DNA from: Tubulanus polymorphus
Taxonomy: Eukaryota > Animalia > Nemertea
DNA: 64,000 nucleotides
Direction of reading: 5' to 3'
NCBI RefSeq assembly: GCF_964204645.1
Contig: NC_134025.1
Location: 17,149,101 to 17,213,100 of the forward strand
The notes below the pieces were generated by a model. It was not told the origin of the DNA and searched no databases. It saw nothing but the letters and a program-made list of their open reading frames with translations. The translations under genes and the position numbers were made by a program. Positions 24,775-36,141 of this stretch are shown here, piece after piece. The stretch's first letter is position 1; each line of letters starts with the position of its first letter.

Positions 24775-26238
24775 ATGGATGTAGAAGGTGGAGAAGATTA
24801 TGAAATGGACGGCATGGGAAATAATAATGAAGGATATATTGATGATGATTATAATGATGCAGAAACTAATATTGATAATGATGATGAATCAGCATATAAT
24901 TCTAATTTAGCAGAAAGTGGTTCTAAAGCCCCATCAACTGATGATTATATTAGAAGAACTAGATCGAGAATAAATCCTGAAAATGAAAATCAAGGTTTAT
25001 CGAGTCGGGATTTAGAAAATAAAGAATTTATATATAAGTTCCAACGTGCATTTGAAAGATCTGGATATAATATAAATTACAGAGGTGCCAGATTTTTAGT
25101 AGAAGATTTAAAATATTTAGATGGTGAATATTATTATAAATTGAAAGATGATCATTATATTAATATCACTAATCAAAGGACAAGACTACCTAAAATATTA
25201 GCCGAATCAACTTTGAGTGATTTAGGTCTAGATAAAATTAAGAGAATAAGTATTAGTAATGAAATAACTGATGTTACACAAGAAGAAAGAGATAATAATA
25301 TAAGAGTATTAGGCAGAGAATTGATGACTTATTTAAAATAATCGATGATAATCCAGAAACAGAAACAACTTCTGAACAGAATATAACTTCCAACACTAGT
25401 AAACTTAAATCAAATAAAGTTTCAATTGAAAAACTTTTACCGAGTGGATTAATTGATGCAACAGATCAAGAATTAGAAGATTTAAATAATATATTTTCTG
25501 ATAAAGCTATAAGAGAAATTATTAGTATAAGAAATGAAGCTGATAAAATTGCGCACGATAAAAGTATAAGAGATTTAAAAATTAGAACTTTAGAAAAAGA
25601 ATTAACTGATAAAAATAAAGAAATAGAACAATTAAAATTAGATAGAGATAATAAAGTTATTGAAGAAAAAGAATTTAGAAAAAGAAATGCGTATTTAGAA
25701 AAAGAAAAAGATGATTTAGAATATAACATAGAATTACAAAAAGAAGAAATTAAATTATTGTTTAAATCATATGATTATAATATAAATAGATTAAAAGTTA
25801 TTTTTAAAGATTTGTTGATAAAACCAAATTCTGAAATATCATTGAAAGATAGAATAAAGTTATTATTTAAATTAGAAGGAATAACAATTCTTTCAATTCT
25901 AACAGCTGTAACTATGTTATTTACAACAATTGGTTTAGCAATATCAAATGCTTTAAAATCTACTCCTACTCCCAATAAACCGGATAAACCCCCGAATGAT
26001 AATTCTATACAAGATAAAGTTTAAGATGGTTTAAAGAAATTAGCAAAATATTTATGGGAACTATCTAAAAAATCTGCTGCAGCTTTACCAGGAATTACTG
26101 CATCAATTGTTGGTTTTATATTGAAATCTGCTGGGAATATTCTTAACTTTGCTGCTGAACATATTATTTTATTTTTAATTACAGTTGTAAGTGCTATTAT
26201 TTTTGGGTTAGTGAATATGATTAAAAATAAACAATTAA
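24775..26238 (+). pseudogene. Acidic/coiled-coil/TM protein (disrupted)
   Basis: Homologous to 44060..45516. Confidence 0.75.
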
Positions 26239-26255
26239 TTTTTTTTGTTAAATAA

Positions 26256-27504
26256 ATGAGTGGGAGTTATATAAGTCCTTCTAAGATTTCTAGAATATCT
26301 AATGCTATTAAAGCAGAAAGATCACATTATATAATTACTCATAATCCTTCAAATATTGATCCCGATGAAACTTTATATGTTAGAATTCCTAGATTAACAC
26401 AAAATACTTTTTATGTTCCAAATAGTATTTTTTTATCAGCCGATATAAAAGTAACCGGTCATGATAATAATTATGTTGTCGATAATGTTGGAAGATATTT
26501 GATTAAAAAATTAACTATAAAGATTTGACCAGAAACAGTTTTCTCATTAGATGATTATAATTTATTTATGCATTATAAAGATTTATGGTTAACTAAAGAA
26601 AATAGAAATAATATGATATTTCAAGGCATCCAATCAGAAAACCATAATAAATTAAGATCAGGAGCTAATGACGCAATACTAACTCGTGCCACTGATAATT
26701 TGATTAAAAAGATTTATGGAAGCAAATATAAAATTCCATTAGATTTTGAATTGATAAATAATAATGCACCTTTATATAAATACGCAATTCAAGAAGATAT
26801 TATATTTGAGATAACATTTGCTCCTGTAAATGAAATTGTATTATCTAGCGTTGTTAAAGATATGGGTTATAAATTATCAAATATATGTTTAGAATATGAC
26901 ACAGTAACTAATGAAAATATTGCTAGCACAATTCAAACTCAATACAATCAAGGATTTTCATTATTATATGATTATATTGATAAATTTAAAACTGTAACTA
27001 TTAATGCAAATGATGAAATAATTAATGAGAATATTAACTTCCCAAGAAGATCTATTAAAGGTATATTAATATTTTTTTTCCATTGCAACATATTCTAATG
27101 GCGCAATAAAGGTTGATAATTATTATAATCCTGAAATAACAAAAGTAGAAATAACTATCGAAGGAATAGCAAAAAAAATATTTTGTCAAGGAATGAGAAT
27201 GATAGATCAGTGGCCAGAAATTAGAAAACATTTTATGAATGAAAAAGTAAAATCATTTGAAAATTGTAATATTAATCAAATTGATTATTATACTGGTAAT
27301 AAATATGCATTATGGTTAGATTTTAGAACAACAGAGGATAATTCATTACATGGTTCTGGAAAAAAATTACAAAACACTAAAGATGGAATACAATTATTCA
27401 TGACAAAGAAAAAAGGAAGCCTAAATTTCAAAATGCATATTTATATTATATCTGACGCACAATTAAATATTGTAAATTCACAATTAGATAGTATTCAATA
27501 TTAG
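26256..27504 (+). pseudogene. Major capsid protein (disrupted)
   Basis: Three ORF pieces matching 15190 and 45537. Confidence 0.7.
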
Positions 27505-27534
27505 AAATATAAAGTTAAAATTAAGGATATATAA

Positions 27535-28649
27535 ATGGGTGGTAAAAAAAACTCCTAATACTAAAGAACAATATTTCAGAAATTTATAATTCAACCCTGA
27601 GAGTTCGGTTGCTTATTCTTCTACCAAAAATATATGGCGTAAAGTAAAACAAGATAAATTAGATAAGATAATCCCACAAAATTTAGTTAAATATAAAGAT
27701 ATAAATGAATTTATGTTAGAACAACCAACATACACAACACATAAAAAAATTGTTAGAAAATATAAAACTCGTAAAACTATGGTAAGTTATGTAGATCAAC
27801 AGTGGCAAGGAGATTTAATTGATATGAAAAATGTTAAGAAAGATAATGATGATTATTGGTGGTTATTGAATATAATTGATATTTTTAGTCGTTATGTATG
27901 GAGTTTCCCACTTTATAGAAAAGATGCTGTACAAACATCAAATGTTTTAAGAAAATTTCTTTCGGATGATAAAACCAGAAAAAATACAATTTGATGATGG
28001 AAAAGAATTTGATAATTCACTTGTCCATGAACTCTTAGATAATCATAATATTAAATATTTTTCAACAAAATCGGATAAAAAAGCAGCAGTTGTTGAACGA
28101 TTTAACAGAACATTAAGAACAAGAATGTGGAAATATTTTACAGCAAATAATACTTTTAAATGGATTGATGTTTTACCAAAATTGATAGAAGGATATAATA
28201 ATTCTTATCATTCTTCTATTGGAATGAAACCTATTGATGCTAGAAAACCTGAAAATGCTGAAATTGTTTGGAATAATTTATATGGAGCATTTCTTGTAGA
28301 TGATTTTGGTGAACCTAAATTTAAAGTTGGTCAAAATGTTAGAATTTCTAAGTATAAAAAGATATTTGACAAAGGATACGATCGAAATTTTACTAGGGAA
28401 ATATATAAAATAAAAAAGGTAATAACAACAAAACCATATGTCTATAAATTAGAAGATTTAAATGGCGAAGAAGTTGATGGGTATTTTTATGAAGAAGAAT
28501 TGAGTTTAACTACTGAAAATCTAGAACAAGAATATAAAATTGAAAAAGTATTAAAAACAAAAACTATTAAAAGAAAAAAATATTCTTTAGTAAAATGGGT
28601 TGGAAGGCCAGATAAATTCAATGAATGGATATTATCAAGTAAAATTTAA
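27535..28649 (+). pseudogene. rve integrase with chromodomain (frameshifted)
   Basis: Same motifs as 16454..17580. Confidence 0.9.
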
Positions 28650-28658
28650 AATATATAA

Positions 28659-29267
28659 ATGAATAAGGAATTATTTATATTTGAGCCTCATAATATGTTA
28701 ATTTCTGGTGTAACAAATTGTGGAAAAACTTATTTTACATTAAATTTATTAGAAACTGTTTATAAAAACTATTTTGATAATATAGTATTATTTTGTCCAA
28801 CATATGAATTTAATCAAACTTATGATAGAAATATTACTAGAAATAATAAATTTATTATATTAGATCCTAAAACAGTAAAAGAAAATTTAGATAATTGTAT
28901 TAAAATAGCAATTGATATTTATAAAGGATCAAATACATTATTCATTATAGATGATTGTGCTAATCTACATGATTCAAAAGTTAGAGAAAGTGAGTTATGC
29001 TATTTAGCTTTCTCTGGGAGACATTTTGGGATAACAGCTTGGGTTTTAAATCAAAAATATAATTCAATTGTTAAAGACTTTAGGGAGAATATAAGATTTC
29101 TAGTTTTATTTTATAATTAAGATAGAAAATCGATGAAAAATGCGCTTGAGGAAAATGATATTATTCCACATGATTTACATAATGAATATATGGATAAGTT
29201 GAAAAATATTAAAAGATCAAAATTACTATTTAGATTACAACACCCATTTAAATATGAATTTATTTAA
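28659..29267 (+). pseudogene. Packaging ATPase (premature stop at 29120)
   Basis: GVTNCGKT, IIDD and SGRHFG motifs. Confidence 0.88.
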
Positions 29268-29540
29268 ATTCAACTTGTTAATCTAGTTGAATTCTAGTTA
29301 CATTCTAGTTGAATTCTAGTTATTAGTAGTTGGAACAAAAATCAACTAGATTTAACAATATTTTAACTAGCTTGTTAATCTAGTATATTTTTAGTTACAT
29401 TCTAGTTGAATTCTAGTTGGAACAAAAATCAACTAGATTTAACAAGAAATAAACAAAAACAACAATATTTCAACTAGCTTGTTAATCTAGTTGAATTCTA
29501 GTTACATTCTAGTAGAATTCTCGTTGCAACATCACAACTT
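29268..29540. repeat. CTAG-core repeat array
   Basis: Longer version of 18190-18380. Confidence 0.85.
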
Positions 29541-29556
29541 ATTTTTTGTTATATAA

Positions 29557-30075
29557 ATGGTAGGTGAAAAGAAAATAAAAACTAAAAATGGTGATTTTCC
29601 AATTGAAAAAACTTTAGATGATTTAGGAATAACAGAAACAAAATTAATTCCAGATGATGGTGCTTTAAATAATGTTACAACAAATAATAATTATGAATAT
29701 TATCTTTATTGTAAACATCAATTAGAAATATTAATAGCATCTGGAAAATGTAAAAATTTTATTGGTAAAAATTTATTTTATAATGAATTAGATACAAAGA
29801 AATCAGATGAAATTATTAGATTATTTAAGATTTATGAAACCGCGAGAACAGCTAGAATTAATGACGCGATATCAGAAAATGTAGTAAAAGGTTATAGTAA
29901 ATTATGTAATTATATACTACCAATTGAAGATGAAAATAGATTATATTACGATTTAAAAAATGATTATTTAGTTATGACTGAATTAAATAAATGGATTGGA
30001 TATTTATCATTTCAATTAGGTGGATTTATGACATTATTATCAACTGGGGTTATAACGTTTTCAAATATTGAGTAA
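29557..30075 (+). CDS. Conserved 172-aa virus protein
   Basis: Homologous to 18397. Confidence 0.7.
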   Translation: MVGEKKIKTKNGDFPIEKTLDDLGITETKLIPDDGALNNVTTNNNYEYYLYCKHQLEILIASGKCKNFIGKNLFYNELDTKKSDEIIRLFKIYETARTARINDAISENVVKGYSKLCNYILPIEDENRLYYDLKNDYLVMTELNKWIGYLSFQLGGFMTLLSTGVITFSNIE

Positions 30076-30092
30076 AAATATTTCTATAATAA

Positions 30093-30497
30093 ATGAGCGA
30101 GGTGGAAGAAGTGAAGGAATTAACTGTGAAGAAAAAACCGAGAACTCAGAAACAAATTGAATGGTCTCGGCAATTAGGAATTAAATCACAAGAATATAAA
30201 AAAGCTGTAAAAGAAAAAATAAGTAATAAAAATGTTAATAAAAATAGTGAAAACATTGTTATTTCTACTCCTTCTAATGATAGAATATTTGATAAATGTC
30301 TATATTTTACAGTTGGATTTGTAATTGTATTCATTTTGATTGGGTGTAATTGGTATAAGAAATCAAATAAAATTCATGATATTAATAATTCTGAAACAAC
30401 TGCTATCAAAATTGAAAATAATTCTGAAATTCCAAAATTGACAATAAAAAAATGGATTAATATGAAAAAAAGCAAAAAAAATAATTTTTTTAATTAA
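30093..30497 (+). CDS. Small basic plus TM protein
   Basis: KPRTQKQIEW and a hydrophobic helix. Confidence 0.65.
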   Translation: MSEVEEVKELTVKKKPRTQKQIEWSRQLGIKSQEYKKAVKEKISNKNVNKNSENIVISTPSNDRIFDKCLYFTVGFVIVFILIGCNWYKKSNKIHDINNSETTAIKIENNSEIPKLTIKKWINMKKSKKNNFFN

Positions 30498-30509
30498 TTG
30501 AATATTAAT

Positions 30510-30617
30510 TGAATATCTCACTACTTTTGTCTATCACTGTGTGGGTGCCGTTTATGGCACCATCTATGCGGAGCAATTAAATTGTCCAGATAAGTCATTT
30601 CGGATTATAGATATTCA
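30510..30617. other. Conserved non-coding stem-loop motif, copy 2 (with inserted hairpin)
   Basis: Same core as 19285, plus an extra GGTGCCGT-TT-ATGGCACC hairpin. Confidence 0.7.
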
Positions 30618-30646
30618 TTATTTTTATTAATATATTTTTTTTAAAT

Positions 30647-30973
30647 TTAATCAACAATTTCTAAATCATGATGGCCATCTTCATTTTTTCCATGATGGAT
30701 TATTTTAAATCCTTCTAAATCTTTTAATTCCTCTGTACTCAATGAAACCCATTTATCAGGTAAAAATACTTTAAATTCTCGCGATGTACTAACATTACAG
30801 TAGCTTAAATTAGCTGATACTTTCTCTCCATATTTAGTTTTTATCTTTTCTAATTTCAATATTTTATGTTCAATTTCTTTTGTAACATCAACTAACTTTT
30901 TTATTTCAAATTGTTTTTTTGCTGGTTTTATTCTGTTATTTATTGTTGCTAAGAATGCTTTTCTATCTCCCAT
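30647..30973 (-). CDS. 108-aa protein, possible ssDNA-binding/OB-like
   Basis: KKL..TKYG..F+..LPD..HKGKNE.GHH pattern shared with 40061 and 59515; function is inferred. Confidence 0.55.
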   Translation of the reverse strand: MGDRKAFLATINNRIKPAKKQFEIKKLVDVTKEIEHKILKLEKIKTKYGEKVSANLSYCNVSTSREFKVFLPDKWVSLSTEELKDLEGFKIIHHGKNEDGHHDLEIVD

Positions 30974-31057
30974 TTATTCGGAAAAAAAATTACTTGTGGT
31001 GATGAGTGGTGTCTCGACCTTCGACCTCTGGTATGAAACAACACATTTCCTATTACT
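30974..31057 (-). repeat. Right TIR of C
   Basis: Reverse complement AGTAATAGGAAATGTGTTGTTTCATACCAGAGGTCGAAGGTCGAGACACCACTCATCACC. Confidence 0.85.
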
Positions 31058-31646
31058 GGCGATCAACCAATAGTCAACAATGACTCTCCTTATGTTGAAA
31101 TGAATGAACTGGATTATACTGATTGTCAATCGAAATTGAATATTCTTCATTTGAACATACACAGCATTCCTAGTAAACTAGATGAACTTAAATCTTTGAT
31201 AACAAAATTCGACAATAGGAAGTCTGCTTTAGACTTAATTTTATTATGTGAAACTTTTATTACTGATATTAACCGTAACCTTTGTGAAATGCCAGGCTAT
31301 AACTTAATAGAAAAACACAGAATTAACTCAATGAAAGAGTAAGTGAAAGAAAGTGATGCTATAAGATCAGAAATGACATATTTATAGCGTATTTAAAGAG
31401 GGTAAATTCGAATCCTGTTTTATAGAAATAATTTCTAAAACCGGGAAAAACGCTAGAAACATCATTGTTGGAGAACTATATAGAATACCGGGAACTAGCG
31501 AATCTGATTTTTTGTTAGATTATCAAGGCATACTAGAAAAAATAAATCATGAAAGAAAAAATATAATCATTGGGATGGACCAAAACTTGGACCTCATCAA
31601 AACTGAAACCCACAAAAAACACTGCTAGATTTCTTGATTTGAATCT
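31058..31646 (+). mobile_element. Non-LTR retrotransposon (CR1/L2-like) ORF2 APE endonuclease fragment
   Basis: ILHLNIHS, LILLCETF, PGYNL, then FESCFIE, IIVGELYRIPG and IIIGMDQNLDL after a frameshift. Confidence 0.85.
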
Positions 31647-31931
31647 CTCCTCTCTCTCATTATCGCTCGCTGTGTGATCAGAGTTTGTGCGCTGAACCTG
31701 TTTGTATTGTGTTTTACATTTTTTCATAACTCTATGAACTTGTACAGTCTTTATTCTGAATCTCTCTTCCAGCACTATTTCTGTGCACTCTGCTGAGCAC
31801 TGTTTTCACGCTATCCCCTCCGATTTGTATATAAACCATGAACTTGTAAATACATTTATTCCGAATAAAACCACGGCAGATAGTCGTCTTCATATTCTGG
31901 GATCTATTGAGTTGGCCGTCTTTACCCAACA
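31647..31931 (+). repeat. 5' LTR (first ~45 bp missing)
   Basis: TCCTCTCTCTCATTATCGCTCGCTGTGT is shared with 54046-54073; TATA, AATAAA and a CAACA end. Confidence 0.75.
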
Positions 31932-31934
31932 TTT

Positions 31935-31952
31935 TGGTCCCTCGAGCCGGAT
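31935..31952 (+). promoter_or_regulatory. Primer-binding site (tRNA-Tyr type)
   Basis: TGGTCCCTCGAGCCGGAT, 3 nt after the LTR; resembles the complement of the tRNA-Tyr 3' end. Confidence 0.75.
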
Positions 31953-33420
31953 GCTAGATGACGTACAACGATGTCTGATGATAATGCGAAACAGATACAG
32001 CCGTCTTCGAGCCTGTCGTTAAAATTAGAGCACCTACGTCGAGCCCGCGGGGCTAAAAAAGGAGCTCTGACTCGTCTTTGTACTCAGGCTACAACATTGG
32101 TCGCTGCCCGTGGAAGCCGGAGTCAACTGAAAAAACTGCTTTCGGCAGTTAGTACAGCATATAACGACGTTTGTACCGTGAATGACGAATATACAAGTTT
32201 ACTGCGCACAGATGCCGAAACTCAAGAAGCAGCTGCCTATGTCACTGAGGAAAGGCACAGTGACACGTCGAATGCGATATTAGGCTACTTGCAGTCTCGA
32301 ATTAATGATGATGCTGCGTCTCAAGCGTCATCTGCATCATCGACTGCATCTCTAGCCGCAGAGGTCAACGCCAAGGTCAAGCTACTGAAGGTCACGCAAC
32401 TGCAAAGACGCTTAGAAATTGAAAGAAAAGAAGCAGCGTTGAAGCACCAACGGATCCTACAGGAAGTGCAAGATGAAGCCGATGTTGCGGTCCTGGAAGC
32501 AAAGTTGATGAGCGAAGCTGACGAACTCGAGCAAGAACGAAAACACGATTTTGATGATGAATTGGTTCCTGACCTGCAAGAGTTTACACAGCCTCAACCG
32601 ACACTCCCAGATCCGCCAGTGAATCGGCAGCCTCAACCACTGCTGCCAGACGACTATTTATACCGATTACCACAACCTCAGTCTCCAAGACGTCCGCCGA
32701 GATCTCCGTTTCTCCGAGGTGCTAACGTCATTGAAGCGGTTATTCAACATGAAACTAGGATTGGTAGACCTAACCAGCCCATAGCCGTTCGGACAGATTT
32801 TGGTTGGTCACTGACCGGGAGAGCTGGTAATTTCTCTTCATTGGAAGATACGAATCCACGTGTCTACTTTTCCGGGGATGCCACACACGAGAATCAACAA
32901 CTGACTTCATTGGTTAAAGATTGGTGGCAAACTGAGTCGTTTGGTGTCAAGAACCTGGTACGTGAAAGTCAATCTGCCGAAGATGTCCGAGCAGTTCAGA
33001 TGTTAGAAGCAAATACTCGATTGGTCAATGGTCACTACGAGACTGGTTTGCTCTGGAAAGATGATGATATGCAACTGCCATGCAACCGTTTAAGTGCGAT
33101 GAAGCGTCTGAAGAATACGGAACGTACCTTAAAGAAGGGTCCTGTCAAGGCTGCCGCCTATGCCAAAACGTTCGACGATTACGTTGAGAAAGGATATTCT
33201 CGAAAACTGAGACTGAAGCTAATCAGCGGAGTCCGAAGAAATGGTACCTTCCACACCATGCCGTTTTTAATCCAAACAAGAAGATACGAGTGGTCTTTGA
33301 CGCTACCGCCTGCTACTCAGGAGTATCACTCAACAACCAGCAATTTCAGGCCCCGATCTACTTCAAAGCCTGCCTGGGGTTCTGCGTTTCCATCAAGAAC
33401 AAGTAGCTGTGATGGCTGAC

Positions 33421-33832
33421 AGTAGTTAGGGTATGTCACTATGGGGCCATTTTAAGGATTTATGGAAAAGAAAGCACCATCTAGGATTCAACTTCACTTC
33501 CCTCTCCCCTCCACATACGCATAGGATCGCGTAATAGTGACGCCATCTAGGGAATTAATCAGACCACTAAACTGATTTGGAATTTACATAGCCAATGATT
33601 TGAATTTTCCCACCTCCCCTAAAGAAAAAAAATCTTAAGAAAAATATCTTGAGGAAATAATCTTAAGAAAAATATCTTGAGGAAAAATTCTTAAGAAAGA
33701 AATCTCAAGAAAAATATCTTAAGACAAACGTCTTAAGACAAGCGTCTTAAGAAATACGTCTTAAGAAAGTCCTCCCTCACTCCTCCTCCTCCCTCCACTG
33801 TGGCCCCATAGTGACATACCCTAACTACTACT
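33421..33832. mobile_element. 412-bp non-autonomous element (MITE) with Polinton-type ends
   Basis: 29-bp TIR AGTAGTTAGGGTATGTCACTATGGGGCCA; 6-bp TSD GCTGAC (33415-20 and 33833-38). Removing it restores the RT motif MADVEAMY. Confidence 0.92.
33633..33766. repeat. 10 x 14-bp tandem repeat with palindromic TCTTAAGA core
   Basis: Cores at 33633, 33647 ... 33759, with an exact 14-bp period. Confidence 0.9.
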
Positions 33833-35803
33833 GCTGACGTAGAAGCTATGTATCATCAAGTGCGGATAGCAGAAATGGATCAACCAGCATTACGTTACTT
33901 CTGGAGGAATCTAGAAGACCGTCCACCAGACGTCTACCAGATGCTGGTCAACATTTTCGGCGCCCGATGGTCCGCGTCTATCGCTAATTATGCCTTGAAG
34001 ATGACTGCACGCGATGCTAAAGATGTTCCGCAAGCCGTCCGCGACGCCGTTCTTCGCGATTTCTATATGGACGACTTCCTCAAATCAGTCAAGACAGTTC
34101 TCGAAGCCATTGAGATGTTGTTACAGGTCTCTTCTACAGTTGCTGTTGGCGGTTTTCGGCTTACGAAGTATTTCAGCAATAGCCGTGAAGTCCTCGCTGC
34201 AATGCCTCCGTCCGATGTTGCCGTTGACGTTATCCGACAGTCAACTACCTAAAGAACGAGCGCTCGGCGTATTATGGGACGCTGAAAACGATGTTATTGG
34301 TATACGAGTTCGTGTGTTCGATGCTGCGTTGACGCGACTACTGAAGTGTACTGCGATTGGTATCTTCGATTTTCGATCCATTTGGTATCGCCGCACCGTT
34401 TCTTCTCCACGCCAAGATACTCATTCAACTATCTTGGACTCGAAAGCTTGATTGGGATGCTGACTTACCTGAAGAAGATGTACGTGATTGGAAGTTATGG
34501 TTAGATGCTTTAAGGTCGTTACCAGATGTTCACAAAGTCCGTTGCTACAAGCCGTCTGAAGATGAACCTAGTCGCCGCGAACTTCACCTGTTTTGCGATG
34601 CGTCCACAAAGGTCGCATACTTCCGTTTAGTAATGCCCGACGGTGATCTACATTGCAGTTTCGTGATGAGTAAAACCCGTGTAGCTCCATTAAAGATGAT
34701 GTCAATTGTCCGACTCGAACTTCAAGCTGCTGTCCTCGCTGTTCGTTTGGCTGAAGCTATCAAGAAAGAAGTTACATGTCGAATCGACGAAACTGTCTAC
34801 TGGTCCGATAGCAAGGTTGTCTTAGGCTACATTATGAACGAGAGCAGGCGTTTTCATGTCTTTGTCGCGGTGAGAATATCCGAGATCCACGACTCAACTA
34901 CACCTAATCAATGGCGCCACGTACCGGGCTGCGAGAACCCTGCAGATGATTGCTCAAGAGGTGTTTCGGCTGCTAAGTTATCACCGGATTGTAGATGGCT
35001 GACTGGTCCAAGTTTTCTATGGAACTCCGTCGAATCGTGGCCTGAAGATATTCCCCTGAAGAGTTCGTCAGCACCGATGACCCCGAAGTAAAGAAGAATT
35101 TTTGCCTTATATCCGTTAGACGTGCTGTACTGCCAGATCCATCCAAGAAGTCATCCTGGGTCGAGTATATACGAATTACAGCATGGATGCTGCGCTTTAT
35201 CAACAACTTCGTTTCTACGCACCGAAAGGTTAAGTTGGAAGTTCGTCGTGATGGTCCGTTATCTGTTGCAGAATTCAAAAGGGCTGAAACGTTGATCTTA
35301 AGTACTGCTCAGTGACAGAAGTTTCCTATGGAGTATGCTGCCTTGAAGTCTGCTAAAAGACTACCATCGTCAAGCAAGCTGCTGCAACTGGATCCAGAAT
35401 TGGATGCGTCAGGTTTGATGAGAGCTCGTGGCAGACTGATGAACGCAAATATACCGACGGCTGCCAAGTTTCCAGTTATACTGCCCAATGCCCACGACGT
35501 CACTAGAATGGTAATCACGCATACACATATGGCGTGTTTGCATGCTGGTATGACCACACGCTGAATCAGATTCGTCAGAGATACTGCATCCTGAAATCAA
35601 GATCGACCGTCAGAAAGCTATTGTTTCATTGTCCAATCTGCAAGAAGAGGCGCGTCCAGCCTAAAGTACCGAAGATGGCAGATCTACCCGAAGCCCGCTT
35701 TGATGACTCGCATCCGTTCAACAGTGTTGGTATTGATTATTTCGGGCCTTATGATGTTCGCAGATTTAGAAAGACAGAGAAGCGTTTTGGTCTATTGGTT
35801 ACT

Positions 35804-36141
35804 AGTAATAGGGAATATGTTGTTTCATACCAAAGGTCGAAGCTCATAAAAAATAAAAAATAAATTCTCGCAAACTCGAATTTATTTTTTATTTTTTACT
35901 CACTCGCCCCTTCAACCTTTGATATGAAACAACATATTCCCTATTACTCTTAAAATATTCATATATATGAATAAAATATAAATGAATAACTTCTAAAATC
36001 AATTTTAATAAAACATTTGATATTAAAATGGAAGCAAATAAGTACTACTGTCCAACATGTAATATCAATATAGATAAATCCCAAAAAGCAAGACACAATA
36101 AAACTAAAACACATTTAGAGAATAAATTGAAACTAGAATAT
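35804..36141 (+). repeat. Left TIR of D, including a 145-bp terminal hairpin
   Basis: Inverted match to 52782-53126 (one 7-bp indel); 35804-35948 is self-complementary. Confidence 0.92.

Larger units (their letters stand above)
20017..31057 (+). mobile_element. Polinton-like copy C (both termini present, internal deletion)
   Basis: AGTAAT.. left end and ..ATTACT right end sharing TTTCATACCAGAG and ACACCACTCATCACCACAAGTAATTTTTTTTCC. No TSD (GGGTGG vs GGCGAT). Confidence 0.88.
31971..35803 (+). pseudogene. BEL gag-pol 5' part (gag fragment, protease end, RT, RNase H, integrase HHCC)
   Basis: AVRTDFGW, WYLPHH-like, ADVEAMYHQV, FYMDD, WRHVPG.ENPAD and GIDYFGP. Confidence 0.9.

Noticed and set aside
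10242-31057. B and C as an assembly-duplicated single element
   Set aside because: They differ by many substitutions, distinct alleles and different repeat lengths.
35825-35842. Nuclear-receptor half-sites (AGGTCG) in TIRs
   Set aside because: Short, imperfect match, replaced by AGTACT in A/C; not enough support.
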